A DNA stretch of 42,679 nucleotides from a bacterium. Its GTDB lineage: Bacteria > Babelota > Babeliae > Babelales > RVW-14. Below, piece by piece: positions 26,139 through 35,586 of the stretch (position 1 is its first letter; every line of letters begins with the position of its first letter). The notes below the pieces were generated by a model. That model was not told the origin of the DNA. It was given only the letters and a program-made list of their open reading frames with translations, and made no database searches. Location of the stretch: positions 1 through 42,679 of the forward strand of contig JAHFBQ010000002.1 in assembly GCA_023249935.1 (NCBI GenBank), written 5' to 3'. The translations under genes were made by a program, and so were the position numbers.

Positions 26139-27659
26139 CTAGAGCTTGTTATTGGCAGCTTGATTTGGTTTGAAGAGGTGTTGGTAGATGACTGAGAATT
26201 CTTTTTGAGGAGAAACATTCTCTGGCAACCAGCGAAGTGTCTGCGCTTTAATATCATCAAGTATTGTTTTATGTATGCGAAAATTTGCAAGGACAGTTTC
26301 GCTTTGATGCTTGGTTAAGAAGAATTCTACAAACTTGTCCTTAAAGGTAACATTGATATCAACATCAAGTTGAGCGGGGTTTTTATCAAGCAGTGCTAGT
26401 ATTGGTGGTATTATAGCAACCGTAGGTAATGGAAAAATAAAAGATTCGTTGTCATTATGTTGTTGTTTTTCTGAGCCTAAAAACCAAAGAGATCTGTGGT
26501 CGGGATCTTTACTTGCTGGGCGTGTGCCGAGTAAAGAATCGACCATGGATGCTTTTTCGTTTGGCAGTTTTTTTACAATGTTTAATTGGCCATTGTCTTG
26601 AGATGTTGTGACTGGGCGTTCGTACATAATATTTACCTGAAGAATGCGAGGAATATCTTTTTGATAAGCAAATTTGTTTGCTTTAAGCAATAATTGAGCA
26701 TTAGCTCGTTGTTTACTTGTGGGATCTTTAGTTGAAACCCAATCCATTTGTTGAACCATATCTGCCGCTGAGTACATGTTGTAGATGGTTTTAAATATTG
26801 GTGAAACTAAAAAATTTTCTGTTTCAGGTTGAATTGGTGTGCCAAGTAGAATGAGTTCTTCGATTGAAAGATCTTTTTCGGTGGGAACGTAATCAAAACG
26901 TTTCTGATTTTTAGCATTAAGAGCAGACTCTTTGGTTGGCAATGTTTTCATGATTGCGAGCATTTTTTTAATGGAATCATCCATATCTTTGTCAAGAGAA
27001 TATTTGTGTCCATCGCTAAATGTTTTGGTGTGTAGAATTGGCGTAATGGCTCCCAAATTAAGGCACAAGTTGCCTCCATGTGAATGAGCAAGAAGGCGAA
27101 TCTTGGTTTCTATGTTTTGTGCGCGTAATGAGGAAATTTCTTCTTGCAGCGCATTAAAGAGACGAATGGCCTCGAATCGGCGACGCTGTTGACTCATAAG
27201 ACCGCTCCAGCCGAATGTGTAGTAATACTGTTCAGTATCTCCAGGCATTGTTACTCTTAAAAATTCGTCGAAAGCCTTGGTGATTGGGTAGGCGGCATAG
27301 CGAGGTTTATCATTAGTTGGTAAGGTGAATGTGGGTGTGATTTTGTGTAAGCCCCGTTCAAGAATAGCTTGGCTTTGGAAGAAAAACTTATCATCGCGCA
27401 TATCTCTGTTAAGGTCGCGATATGTTGTTCCTTGTACTTCATCCTTGAGAACATTATTCAAGCTAATGAGGCCAATGAGTGATCCAAAGCTGCCGTGAAC
27501 AAAAATATTTAACCAGACAGTTTTTCTAGGGGGTATTGCGGGTTTAGTAGAGGGGGTGTCTTCCCGTGAGGAGAAATGAGAATGAAAAATAGGTTGGAGA
27601 ATGAAAATGGTAGCTATGCCGCAGATCAATGATATTAAAATGATGAGTATTTTTTTCAT
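26139..27659 (-). CDS. Membrane-anchored alpha/beta-hydrolase (lipase/esterase-like)
   Basis: N-terminal TM anchor MKKILIILISLICGIATIFIL. Oxyanion-type FVHGSFGS and nucleophile elbow LLAHSHGGN (A-H-S-H-G). Start set at the ATG preceded by GAGGAT. Confidence 0.6.
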   Translation of the reverse strand: MKKILIILISLICGIATIFILQPIFHSHFSSREDTPSTKPAIPPRKTVWLNIFVHGSFGSLIGLISLNNVLKDEVQGTTYRDLNRDMRDDKFFFQSQAILERGLHKITPTFTLPTNDKPRYAAYPITKAFDEFLRVTMPGDTEQYYYTFGWSGLMSQQRRRFEAIRLFNALQEEISSLRAQNIETKIRLLAHSHGGNLCLNLGAITPILHTKTFSDGHKYSLDKDMDDSIKKMLAIMKTLPTKESALNAKNQKRFDYVPTEKDLSIEELILLGTPIQPETENFLVSPIFKTIYNMYSAADMVQQMDWVSTKDPTSKQRANAQLLLKANKFAYQKDIPRILQVNIMYERPVTTSQDNGQLNIVKKLPNEKASMVDSLLGTRPASKDPDHRSLWFLGSEKQQHNDNESFIFPLPTVAIIPPILALLDKNPAQLDVDINVTFKDKFVEFFLTKHQSETVLANFRIHKTILDDIKAQTLRWLPENVSPQKEFSVIYQHLFKPNQAANNKL

Positions 27660-27809
27660 ATGATCGGATCCTCGGATGTCTCCATTGTACAAGTTCCCCT
27701 CAATTATTTATTGTCACATCCCATAAGGAAAATCAAGAAAACATCGATTCTTGCAGCTTGCTTTTTTACAAACAGCAATTGATTGCCTTTTTGTTTAAGC
27801 GGGTTGTAC

Positions 27810-27823
27810 ACTTACATGTAAGT
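27810..27823. promoter_or_regulatory. 14-bp perfect palindrome ACTTACATGTAAGT upstream of the coiled-coil gene
   Basis: Exact dyad symmetry, 57 nt upstream of the ATG at 27880, in a divergent intergenic region. Confidence 0.4.
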
Positions 27824-27879
27824 AGAAAGAAGACTGCTTTTCTTAATTGGGTGGGGATTTCTTACGCAAAGGCGCAATA

Positions 27880-30366
27880 ATGAAGTTAAAATTGTTGCTT
27901 TGCTACGTTTTGGTGGCTAGTGCAGTGTGTTTTGCAGTTACTCCCGATGTTGCTGATGAAGAAGAGGATGATGAAACTGTCGATATAGTTTCTGATCCAC
28001 TTGCAGCAATGGGGCGTGCGCCACGTGCTGTAGCAAAGAAGGTCTCTCAAAATATGGTAACCATGGGTGGTAGTGTTGGTGCCGATCCGTATGCGACAGC
28101 AAAAAAAAGTACACATCAAGAGGTTCCTGCTGGAGACCCGTATGCTAAAACTATGGTAAAAGTGGATCTTCCGGTGAGTGATCCGTACGCATCACTTGGG
28201 GCTTCTCCAGTGTCTCAAGCGGTTCCTAAAAAAGTGAAAAAATCAGAAAAATCGAAAACAGCAACATCTCTTTCAGTGGCTGCGCAAGGTAAAATTGTTG
28301 CAAAGCTTGCTACAACGCCAAAAGAAAAAGTGACTTTGGCTTCAGCATTATTTAAATCAACGGGTAGTAATGATCCAGAGGCGCAAGCTGCAGTACTTGA
28401 AATTGAACGCCAGGTAAAAAATCAGGAAAATCAGCTTCATCTCGTTGCTAAGCAAAATTTGGTGGATGTGACACAGGCAATTAGTGAACAGGCTGCGCAA
28501 CTTAGAGAAGAGGCGGATAATGCAGCTCAGGCATTGAGAGCTAAGACGGAAAATCAAGTACAGGAACTGATTGATACTGCGGGCAAGCAAATTGATAATC
28601 TCAACAAAAAAATTTCGCAAAAAGCTGTAGAACTTAAGCAAGAGGCTGCTCAGAAGGCACTACTGGTTCTTGATGACATAGAGGCTCGCGCTGCTAAAAA
28701 ACGGCTAGAAGAGCGAAAGCGTACCTTGGCTGCTACCTTTGGTATAACCGAAGAAGATTTTGCAGTAAAAACAAAGAAAGAAAAAGTTGTTGCGACTAAA
28801 AAGAGCTCGAAAAAAGATGAAAAATCAACACAGGAGCCGTTGAAAATGGCAGCAGTTTCAGTCGGGCCAGCGCCATCTGATGCAAAAGCTAGCCCAGCAT
28901 TGACAGAAGGGGCTGTTGTCCCGAATGTGCTACGCGTATCTGCTGAGTGGAAAAATGATTTGTCTCGTAGATTTTACCAAGACATGGCTACGATGAAAGA
29001 TATTATTGTTGAGGCGGAATCTCCGCTAGAAGCGCAAGATTTTTTGAAAAAGTTTGAAGAACAAAATAAGTGGTTTGATGCTAATTTACGTTCCACTCGG
29101 GCGGTAACTGATGCACAGTATGCGCAACTTGTTGAAAAACAGGCTCAAATGGGCAGGATTATGCAAGCTCAGCGTGTGGCTGATGATTATCTACAAAAAT
29201 TTACCAAAAACATGGTTATGGATCATCTGCAGCTTAAAAAAATTAGACTTAATGTGCTCTATGAACTAAATACTAGAACACAGCAGCGATCATCGCATCT
29301 TGATCGAGCTGTACGAGAAAGTGCTTTGCCTGATGATGAGGTTAAAAGCCTTGTCAAGCGCACGCTAAGTGAAACCTCTCAGCAGTTTCGTGAAATTGCG
29401 GCACAATTTCCCGATGTTGAGATTGGGGGTATGGCGCGCAAGCCGCAACTTTCACTTACTGCAGTGCCATTAGCGGCACAACAGCTTGAAGTAGAACTAA
29501 ATAAAACTAAGGAGCTTGCTGCAGCAATTCAGAAAGAGTTGGAAGATGCAAAGCAAGAGCTTGTGGCAGCGAGGGAAATTGCGGTGCAGACTCAGGCGGC
29601 GCTTGATAGAGAGCGAGATGAAAAGGATCAGGTTATCAAAGATGCTGCGCGTATAAAAACAACGGCTATCCAGGTTCTAGACAAGCAAGCTCAAGATAAT
29701 CTTAATACAGACCTGGTGCTTGCTGGGGTGCGCCAAGATCAGTCTGCTTTGAAAGATGAATTGAAATTAGTTGGTGAAAAAAGTATGCAACTTGTTCAAC
29801 AAAAACGACAATTAACGGCCTCTGTTGAGATAGCGCGCAAGGAAGCAATGCAGGCAGATTTATTGCGCAATGACTATATAACTGAGTCACAAAAAACAAT
29901 GCGTGTAATGAAGCGGCAGACAAAAGAGCAGATGAAATCTATGGCTGAATCTGGAGCGCGTCGTGAACTTGCATTGATAGCAGACTTGCGCCAAGCAAAT
30001 GAAAAAATTGGGGCGTTAAATGTAAAGCATGCAAAGCTTATGCAGGACCTTGAGTTGCAGTATAAAAAAACAGTAGAGCTTAAAAACTCGCTTAAAATGG
30101 CTCAGGAAACTGCTAATAGAGCTGAGTCTCGAGCTGACTTGGCAAATCGGTCTCTTGCTGAGAGTGATGAGCATGTAAAGCGGCAACTTTTATTGCGCAA
30201 GCAAACACTAGAGCGCGTGAAAAAATCTGCGGCAGTTGCTCAGCAAACAATAGACTCAATCGGTGCATTCCTGCAAATTGAGCGTAAAAGTGGTAACAAG
30301 AAATTGATAACAAGTACTCAAGATCTTGGGTTGCGTATGAATTTGTTGCATAATAAACTTTTTTAA
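27880..30366 (+). CDS. Secreted long coiled-coil protein with N-terminal DP[YL]A repeats
   Basis: Signal peptide MKLKLLLCYVLVASAVCFA, an acidic stretch, four DP(Y/L)A motifs, then about 650 aa of heptad-like A/E/K/Q-rich sequence. Confidence 0.7.
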   Translation: MKLKLLLCYVLVASAVCFAVTPDVADEEEDDETVDIVSDPLAAMGRAPRAVAKKVSQNMVTMGGSVGADPYATAKKSTHQEVPAGDPYAKTMVKVDLPVSDPYASLGASPVSQAVPKKVKKSEKSKTATSLSVAAQGKIVAKLATTPKEKVTLASALFKSTGSNDPEAQAAVLEIERQVKNQENQLHLVAKQNLVDVTQAISEQAAQLREEADNAAQALRAKTENQVQELIDTAGKQIDNLNKKISQKAVELKQEAAQKALLVLDDIEARAAKKRLEERKRTLAATFGITEEDFAVKTKKEKVVATKKSSKKDEKSTQEPLKMAAVSVGPAPSDAKASPALTEGAVVPNVLRVSAEWKNDLSRRFYQDMATMKDIIVEAESPLEAQDFLKKFEEQNKWFDANLRSTRAVTDAQYAQLVEKQAQMGRIMQAQRVADDYLQKFTKNMVMDHLQLKKIRLNVLYELNTRTQQRSSHLDRAVRESALPDDEVKSLVKRTLSETSQQFREIAAQFPDVEIGGMARKPQLSLTAVPLAAQQLEVELNKTKELAAAIQKELEDAKQELVAAREIAVQTQAALDRERDEKDQVIKDAARIKTTAIQVLDKQAQDNLNTDLVLAGVRQDQSALKDELKLVGEKSMQLVQQKRQLTASVEIARKEAMQADLLRNDYITESQKTMRVMKRQTKEQMKSMAESGARRELALIADLRQANEKIGALNVKHAKLMQDLELQYKKTVELKNSLKMAQETANRAESRADLANRSLAESDEHVKRQLLLRKQTLERVKKSAAVAQQTIDSIGAFLQIERKSGNKKLITSTQDLGLRMNLLHNKLF

Positions 30367-30368
30367 AG

Positions 30369-30389
30369 CAATATTAAGTATTGTTTTTT
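30369..30389 (+). terminator. Weak AT-rich hairpin plus T6
   Basis: CAATA-TTAAG-TATTG followed by TTTTTT, directly after the stop at 30366. Confidence 0.3.
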
Positions 30390-30481
30390 GGCAAAGCCCA
30401 GTGAGTCAATGTATAGGTCTGTTAAAAAGCGCTAAATGCAGGCTCAAGATGTCTGTTGGTGGATAAAAAAGGAGCATGCCG

Positions 30482-30664
30482 ATGAAGTGCCCAAAGTGCT
30501 CGGGGTTGATGGTGTTACAGTCTTTTTTTGATCACTTCATCAATTTTGAAGGTTGGAAGTGTCTCAATTGTGGGAAGATTATCGAAAAGCGTGAGAGCAC
30601 TATTAAAGACGACGCGTTTAGTATTTTTTATCAGCGACAAAAAATTAAAAAGCAAAACGACTAA
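30482..30664 (+). CDS. Small zinc-ribbon protein (CxxC...CxxC)
   Basis: 60 aa: MKCPKCSG...WKCLNCGK followed by a basic tail. AAGGAG lies 7 nt upstream of this ATG. The gene ends 8 nt before tsaB. Confidence 0.5.
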   Translation: MKCPKCSGLMVLQSFFDHFINFEGWKCLNCGKIIEKRESTIKDDAFSIFYQRQKIKKQND

Positions 30665-30672
30665 GTAAATAC

Positions 30673-31365
30673 ATGCGATTTATAGCACTTCAGGGTACAT
30701 ACAGTTCGCTTGAGTTGGGGATTTTTTCTGAGTATGATGCTATTGCAGTAGCTCGCTATGATGAGCTGCGCGCGAGCTCAAATCTGATTCCGTTTCTGGA
30801 AGCGTTACTTAAAAATAATAATGTAGAAATCAAAGATATTTCGTTTGTTGCTGTAGACAAGGGGCCAGGCGCGTTTACTTCATTGCGGGCTACCGTTTCA
30901 AGCGTTAATGGAATTGCCTTTGCTAAAAACATTTCTCTTATCGGTGTAAATAGCCTTGAGGCATTACAGGTTCAAGCAAGTTTAGAGATTAAAACTGGTA
31001 TGTTACAGCCTCGATTCATTGTGGCATTGCTTAATGCCTATAATAATGATGCTTACTTTCGTATATTTGACCAGGAGTCGAATATATTTGTTGATGAAGG
31101 CTGCTTGAAAATTGACGTGATTGTTGACCAGCTCAAAAAACTTGCAGCATCAGTTCTTTGTGTTGGAAATGGCGTTGAGTTATACGCGCAGGTGCTAGAA
31201 GATCTTGGTGATTATTTGATTCTTTTACCTAAAAATCCTGCAGTTCCATCGGTCCATGCCATCGCTAGTATAGCACGTGCTCAGTGGCAAAATGGGGCTG
31301 GAAATCTGGTTCAAGTAATTGAGCCGTATTACTTAAAAACACAACTTTTTGCTATTAAGAAATAA
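30673..31365 (+). CDS. tsaB: tRNA threonylcarbamoyladenosine biosynthesis protein TsaB (YeaZ)
   Basis: ASKHA-fold N-terminus and the motif VDKGPGAFTSLRATVSSVNGIAFA. Confidence 0.85.
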   Translation: MRFIALQGTYSSLELGIFSEYDAIAVARYDELRASSNLIPFLEALLKNNNVEIKDISFVAVDKGPGAFTSLRATVSSVNGIAFAKNISLIGVNSLEALQVQASLEIKTGMLQPRFIVALLNAYNNDAYFRIFDQESNIFVDEGCLKIDVIVDQLKKLAASVLCVGNGVELYAQVLEDLGDYLILLPKNPAVPSVHAIASIARAQWQNGAGNLVQVIEPYYLKTQLFAIKK

Positions 31366-32092
31366 GAGTTCTCAAGAGGCCTATGCCGACAAGCGGCGCA
31401 TCTTGCGAGCGTAATATGGTAGGCGTTAGTCGGCTTTTTATAAAGTTTGATTGCTCAACAATGATGAGTTCTTGATCGGTTAGTCCGCCCTCGGGGCCGA
31501 ATAAGACTGAGATGTGTTGGGCAAGTTTTATTTTGGGTAAGAGCATTTCGCACAACGATCCAGAGCTATCAAAAACAATGTTTTTATCACTCATTTTTGT
31601 CAGTACCGATTGTAGAGTTATTGGTGTCGCAATCACTGGTACAATAAACTGTTTTGCCTGTTCACATGCTGCAATCATAATGCTGGTGAAGCGAGTTATC
31701 TCTTTAGCAGAAAAATCAAGCGGATGCGCTTTGTCTGTTTTAACGGGGACAATTGTAGCAACACCGAGTTGTGCTGCGTTGTAGATGATTTCTTCAAAGA
31801 CCGTTTTTTTAGGGATGCCTTGGAGTAGTGTGACTGTAGGCTGTAGTGGCTTGCTAGTACTTACTTCAACAATACGTCCGTGCACAATGTTTTTTGATAA
31901 AAATGTGCCATGGTCAAGCGTTAAGGTGACTTGTGTGGATCCATTGAACAGGATAAATTCTGCTCCCTCTCGAAGGCGTAGAATTTTTGTGATTCTTAGC
32001 CATAAATCAACATCTTGTATCTGCCATGGTAGGTCAACGTGTGTTGGGAGCTGGGCCTTTGTGTAGATGGCGAATAGATGTTTATTTAGCAT
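31355..32092 (-). CDS. rsmE: 16S rRNA (uracil1498-N3)-methyltransferase RsmE
   Basis: SPOUT C-terminal motifs LFGPEGGLTDQE and RLTPTILRSQDAP. Confidence 0.85.
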   Translation of the reverse strand: MLNKHLFAIYTKAQLPTHVDLPWQIQDVDLWLRITKILRLREGAEFILFNGSTQVTLTLDHGTFLSKNIVHGRIVEVSTSKPLQPTVTLLQGIPKKTVFEEIIYNAAQLGVATIVPVKTDKAHPLDFSAKEITRFTSIMIAACEQAKQFIVPVIATPITLQSVLTKMSDKNIVFDSSGSLCEMLLPKIKLAQHISVLFGPEGGLTDQELIIVEQSNFIKSRLTPTILRSQDAPLVGIGLLRTLIS

Positions 32093-32463
32093 GAGCTTGT
32101 GCGGCTTTTACTAGTATAATTTTTAAGTAGTGCCGCGAGGAGCATGGTGACAATGCAGGCTGAGCCAAGCAAGTATTCGTTGCTATGTTGTTCTAAGTGC
32201 GCAATCAATCCACCTTTGTAGCCACGTGTTTTACTTCTTAGGATAATGAAGAGCATTTCAATTTTCTCTTTGAGGGGAATGGGTGTTTCTTCGATGATGG
32301 GGTCATCAAACGATCGTAGCGTTGTAACATCGATATTTAAGGGGTCGTCATCTTCCCCGAGTAGATTTTCTATAGTGACTTCTTCAACGGGATGAGAGGG
32401 CTTTGCTGTAACGATGCTGATGCTTGTGATAATGAAAAGAAAAAATTTACTACGCAAATTCAT
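32086..32463 (-). CDS. Hypothetical small secreted/membrane protein
   Basis: Signal peptide MNLRSKFFLFIITSISIVTA and a C-terminal hydrophobic helix. Overlaps the rsmE start by 7 nt. Confidence 0.5.
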   Translation of the reverse strand: MNLRSKFFLFIITSISIVTAKPSHPVEEVTIENLLGEDDDPLNIDVTTLRSFDDPIIEETPIPLKEKIEMLFIILRSKTRGYKGGLIAHLEQHSNEYLLGSACIVTMLLAALLKNYTSKSRTSSC

Positions 32464-32475
32464 TTGGTTCCTTTT

Positions 32476-33828
32476 TTATTCAATATGTTTTTGAATTTCA
32501 TGCATAAGTCCGCATGAATCAATAAATGCAAACTGTTTATTGAACAGATTCTTATTCAAAGAAATAAATTGTTTATGTTTTACAAGGGCAATAATGATAT
32601 CTGCCTGATCTATGGCGGCGTCGAGATTGCGAGTGAAAGGGATTTTTAGTTGTTCTAATTCTTCTGAATGAGCGAGTGGATCGAATACAAAAAGGTGCAG
32701 CTGTGATTGATTTGCAACTAATTGCTGTACAACTTTTAAGGCCGGAGAGCTTTGCAAAACTTCTGAATCAGGTCTAAAAGTAATGCCAAGTGCTAGTACG
32801 GATGGGTTTTTCCCAGTGGTTTCTTTGAAGCGGGATACTTGCTTCATAATGTTTGCAACAACAAGAGAAGGTTTTCCGTCGTTAATTTCATGGGCGATTG
32901 TAAGGAGTTGTGTACTGTCTTGCGGAAAATTTTTAATGAGAAAGTGAATTGCTGTTGCGGTGCCTTGACCGCCAACGCCGCAGCCAGGTGAAAGTATGCT
33001 AACTCTGGGATGTTTATTGGCGAGTTCTATTGCTTTGTAGGTATCAATCTGTGCGTCCTCACAAATTTGCCCAATTTGGTTGGCAAATGCTATCTGTACG
33101 TATCGAGATGTATCTTCAATTAACTTTACCATTTCTGCAGTTTTGTCCGTTGTAACGTCGATTGGTCCTCTAGTAAGGCGGCTGTAAAATATTTTAGCGA
33201 GGTTGGAAGCTTGTTGGCTGCACCCACCAATTATTCTGTCGGTATTTACTATCTCATTTAAAAGTCTTCCCGTTATTGCCCGCTCTGGGCAATGCGCCAT
33301 GAAAAAATCGATCTCAGGTTGAAGCTGTGAGATTTTAGCAATACGCTGAGCAATAAACTGTGTAGTTCCTATTGGAATATTTGATGTAAGCAGAACTAAG
33401 TTGCCTGGCTTAATTTGTTTGGCGATAAGATCTGCAGCGTTTATGACATATGATAGATCGGCTTCGTTATTTTCTTTAACCGGAGTAGGAACTGCGATCA
33501 AGAAACAATCTGCATCATGCAGTGTCGAAGAAATGCAAAGATTATTGTTTTTTAACGCGCTTGTAAGGCGGGCTTCAATGCCTGGTTCGATGATCGAAGT
33601 ATTACCATCATTGAGCTGTTTAATTTTTTGTTCATCGATGTCAAATCCGAATACTATATAGCCAGACTCAGCCGCTATGATGGCGGTTGGTAAGCCGACA
33701 TGGCCAAGGCCAAGAATAGCTACTTTTTTGATTGATTGATCTGTCTGTGTAGATGTGGCGGCGACAAACCCAATGTTTGTGCATGATAAACTTATGACGA
33801 GAAGAAAAAATTTAGTGCATAAAGACAT
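32476..33828 (-). CDS. Nucleotide-sugar dehydrogenase (UDP-glucose/UDP-ManNAc dehydrogenase family) with a hydrophobic N-terminal extension
   Basis: Rossmann motif VAILGLGHVGLPTA and catalytic-domain similarity (..SPGCGVGGQ..). Start set at the ATG preceded by AGGAA. The ORF track start is at 33894. Confidence 0.8.
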   Translation of the reverse strand: MSLCTKFFLLVISLSCTNIGFVAATSTQTDQSIKKVAILGLGHVGLPTAIIAAESGYIVFGFDIDEQKIKQLNDGNTSIIEPGIEARLTSALKNNNLCISSTLHDADCFLIAVPTPVKENNEADLSYVINAADLIAKQIKPGNLVLLTSNIPIGTTQFIAQRIAKISQLQPEIDFFMAHCPERAITGRLLNEIVNTDRIIGGCSQQASNLAKIFYSRLTRGPIDVTTDKTAEMVKLIEDTSRYVQIAFANQIGQICEDAQIDTYKAIELANKHPRVSILSPGCGVGGQGTATAIHFLIKNFPQDSTQLLTIAHEINDGKPSLVVANIMKQVSRFKETTGKNPSVLALGITFRPDSEVLQSSPALKVVQQLVANQSQLHLFVFDPLAHSEELEQLKIPFTRNLDAAIDQADIIIALVKHKQFISLNKNLFNKQFAFIDSCGLMHEIQKHIE

Positions 33829-34020
33829 AGAGTTCCTGTGTTCTCTGGAGGGATCTACTTTTAAGGACCATAGCATAGCGAACTCTATGGGCAAGTCAAA
33901 AATGCGACTTATTAGAGTGTTTTTTGGTCTATTGCAGGTAAGAAATCATAAACCTATTGCACATAATTCTGTCTCTTTGATATTGCTAAGAGCATTGAAT
34001 CGAAGAAGAGGACAAGTATT

Positions 34021-35586
34021 ATGAAAGAAATCAACCAGAACCAACCAGTGGTCTTAGTCATCTGTGATGGGCTTGGCTATGCACCAGCGGGACCGGGTAA
34101 TGCAGTGAATGCTGCTCCTATGAATTTTTTTAATAACCTACTACAACATTATCCGGCTGCATATTTGGCTGCAGCAGGAGAGGCAGTTGGGCTATTGCCT
34201 GGTTTTATCGGCAACTCGCAAGTAGGACATCTTACGATTGGGGCTGGACGGGTAGTAAAAAGTTCTATAGCACAATTTCATGAACTGGTGTTGTCTGGTC
34301 AAATCTTTGATCACTCGGCGGCGGCTGGTTTGTCAGATTTTGCGCGAACAGGGAAAACGCTTCACATACTTGGCTTATTGTCTGATGGTGGCGTGCATAG
34401 TCACGAACTTCATCTCTATGGCATGCTTGATTTGGCTGTGCATTGTGGTGTTAAAAATATTGTAGTACACCCGATTCTAGATGGGAGGGATGTTGCGCAG
34501 CTCAGCGCTGCAACGTACTTGGAACGTTTAGAGAAAAAGTTACATGCTCTTGCTACTGGGAAGATTGGTTCGTTGCAGGGACGGTTTTATGCGATGGATC
34601 GCGATAAAAATTGGGAACGCACAGTTCTTTCTTACCAAATGATGTGTGGGCTTGGCAACATTAAAGACAGTTCATGGCGTTACGTATTAGCAGAGTCTTA
34701 TGAGAGAAATGAAACAGATGAATTTGTCAGACCACTGCTTTTTGGGCAAGAAAATGCTTTGCAAGATGGGGATGCTGTTGTATTTGTGAATGTTCGTCCT
34801 GACCGTGCAATGCAGTTAACAACTCTGTTGCTGTGTCAGGAAGTACAGCGCATCAATAAGGTTACTCAGCGCGCATTTGCCTTTGTATTAACAGGTAGTC
34901 GTTATAGTGCGGCTCTGCATAACCCTGTGATCTTTGAGCAAGAGTCTGTGCGAGATACTTTTTTGGATGTTGTTGAAGTGGCGCAGCCAGAGCGGCCAAT
35001 TTTTCTTTTAGCTGAGACCGAAAAATATGCGCATGTGACCTATTTTTTTAAGGGTATGCGTGATCAACATAGCGGTAAAGAGACGCGGATTATGATTCCC
35101 TCATTAAAAGAGCGAAATTATATAGCGCATCCTGAGATGGCTGCTGCAAGTATTACCGATGAGTTAGAAAAAATTCTTGATCAGCATCCTGGGGCGCTTT
35201 GTGTCGTGAACTATGCCAATGCCGATATGGTTGGTCATTCTGGAGATTTAGCAGCAACTGCAAGCGCTTGCCGTGTGCTTGACCAACAGCTTGTTCGTGT
35301 CTATAAGGGTGTGGTTGAAAAACATGATGGACTTCTTGTTATCACTGCTGATCATGGCAACGCTGAAGCGATGGTTGATCATGATGGTAATCCAAAAACT
35401 GCTCATACAAAAAATTCAGTACCTTTTGTTATGGTTGCCTCGCATCTGCGCCATGAAACGGTTCATGAGCCGATAGATTGTACGTACAACAAAGGGGTTG
35501 CCTTCGTAGCGCCAACACTGTTGCAACAGATGGGCATTGAGCGACCACTGGCTATGGTTGAGCCGCTGTTTTTGAGAAACGAATAG
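34021..35586 (+). CDS. gpmI: 2,3-bisphosphoglycerate-independent phosphoglycerate mutase
   Basis: Motifs VICDGLGYA, GNSQVGHLTIGAGR, LLSDGGVHSH and ITADHGNAE. Confidence 0.95.
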   Translation: MKEINQNQPVVLVICDGLGYAPAGPGNAVNAAPMNFFNNLLQHYPAAYLAAAGEAVGLLPGFIGNSQVGHLTIGAGRVVKSSIAQFHELVLSGQIFDHSAAAGLSDFARTGKTLHILGLLSDGGVHSHELHLYGMLDLAVHCGVKNIVVHPILDGRDVAQLSAATYLERLEKKLHALATGKIGSLQGRFYAMDRDKNWERTVLSYQMMCGLGNIKDSSWRYVLAESYERNETDEFVRPLLFGQENALQDGDAVVFVNVRPDRAMQLTTLLLCQEVQRINKVTQRAFAFVLTGSRYSAALHNPVIFEQESVRDTFLDVVEVAQPERPIFLLAETEKYAHVTYFFKGMRDQHSGKETRIMIPSLKERNYIAHPEMAAASITDELEKILDQHPGALCVVNYANADMVGHSGDLAATASACRVLDQQLVRVYKGVVEKHDGLLVITADHGNAEAMVDHDGNPKTAHTKNSVPFVMVASHLRHETVHEPIDCTYNKGVAFVAPTLLQQMGIERPLAMVEPLFLRNE

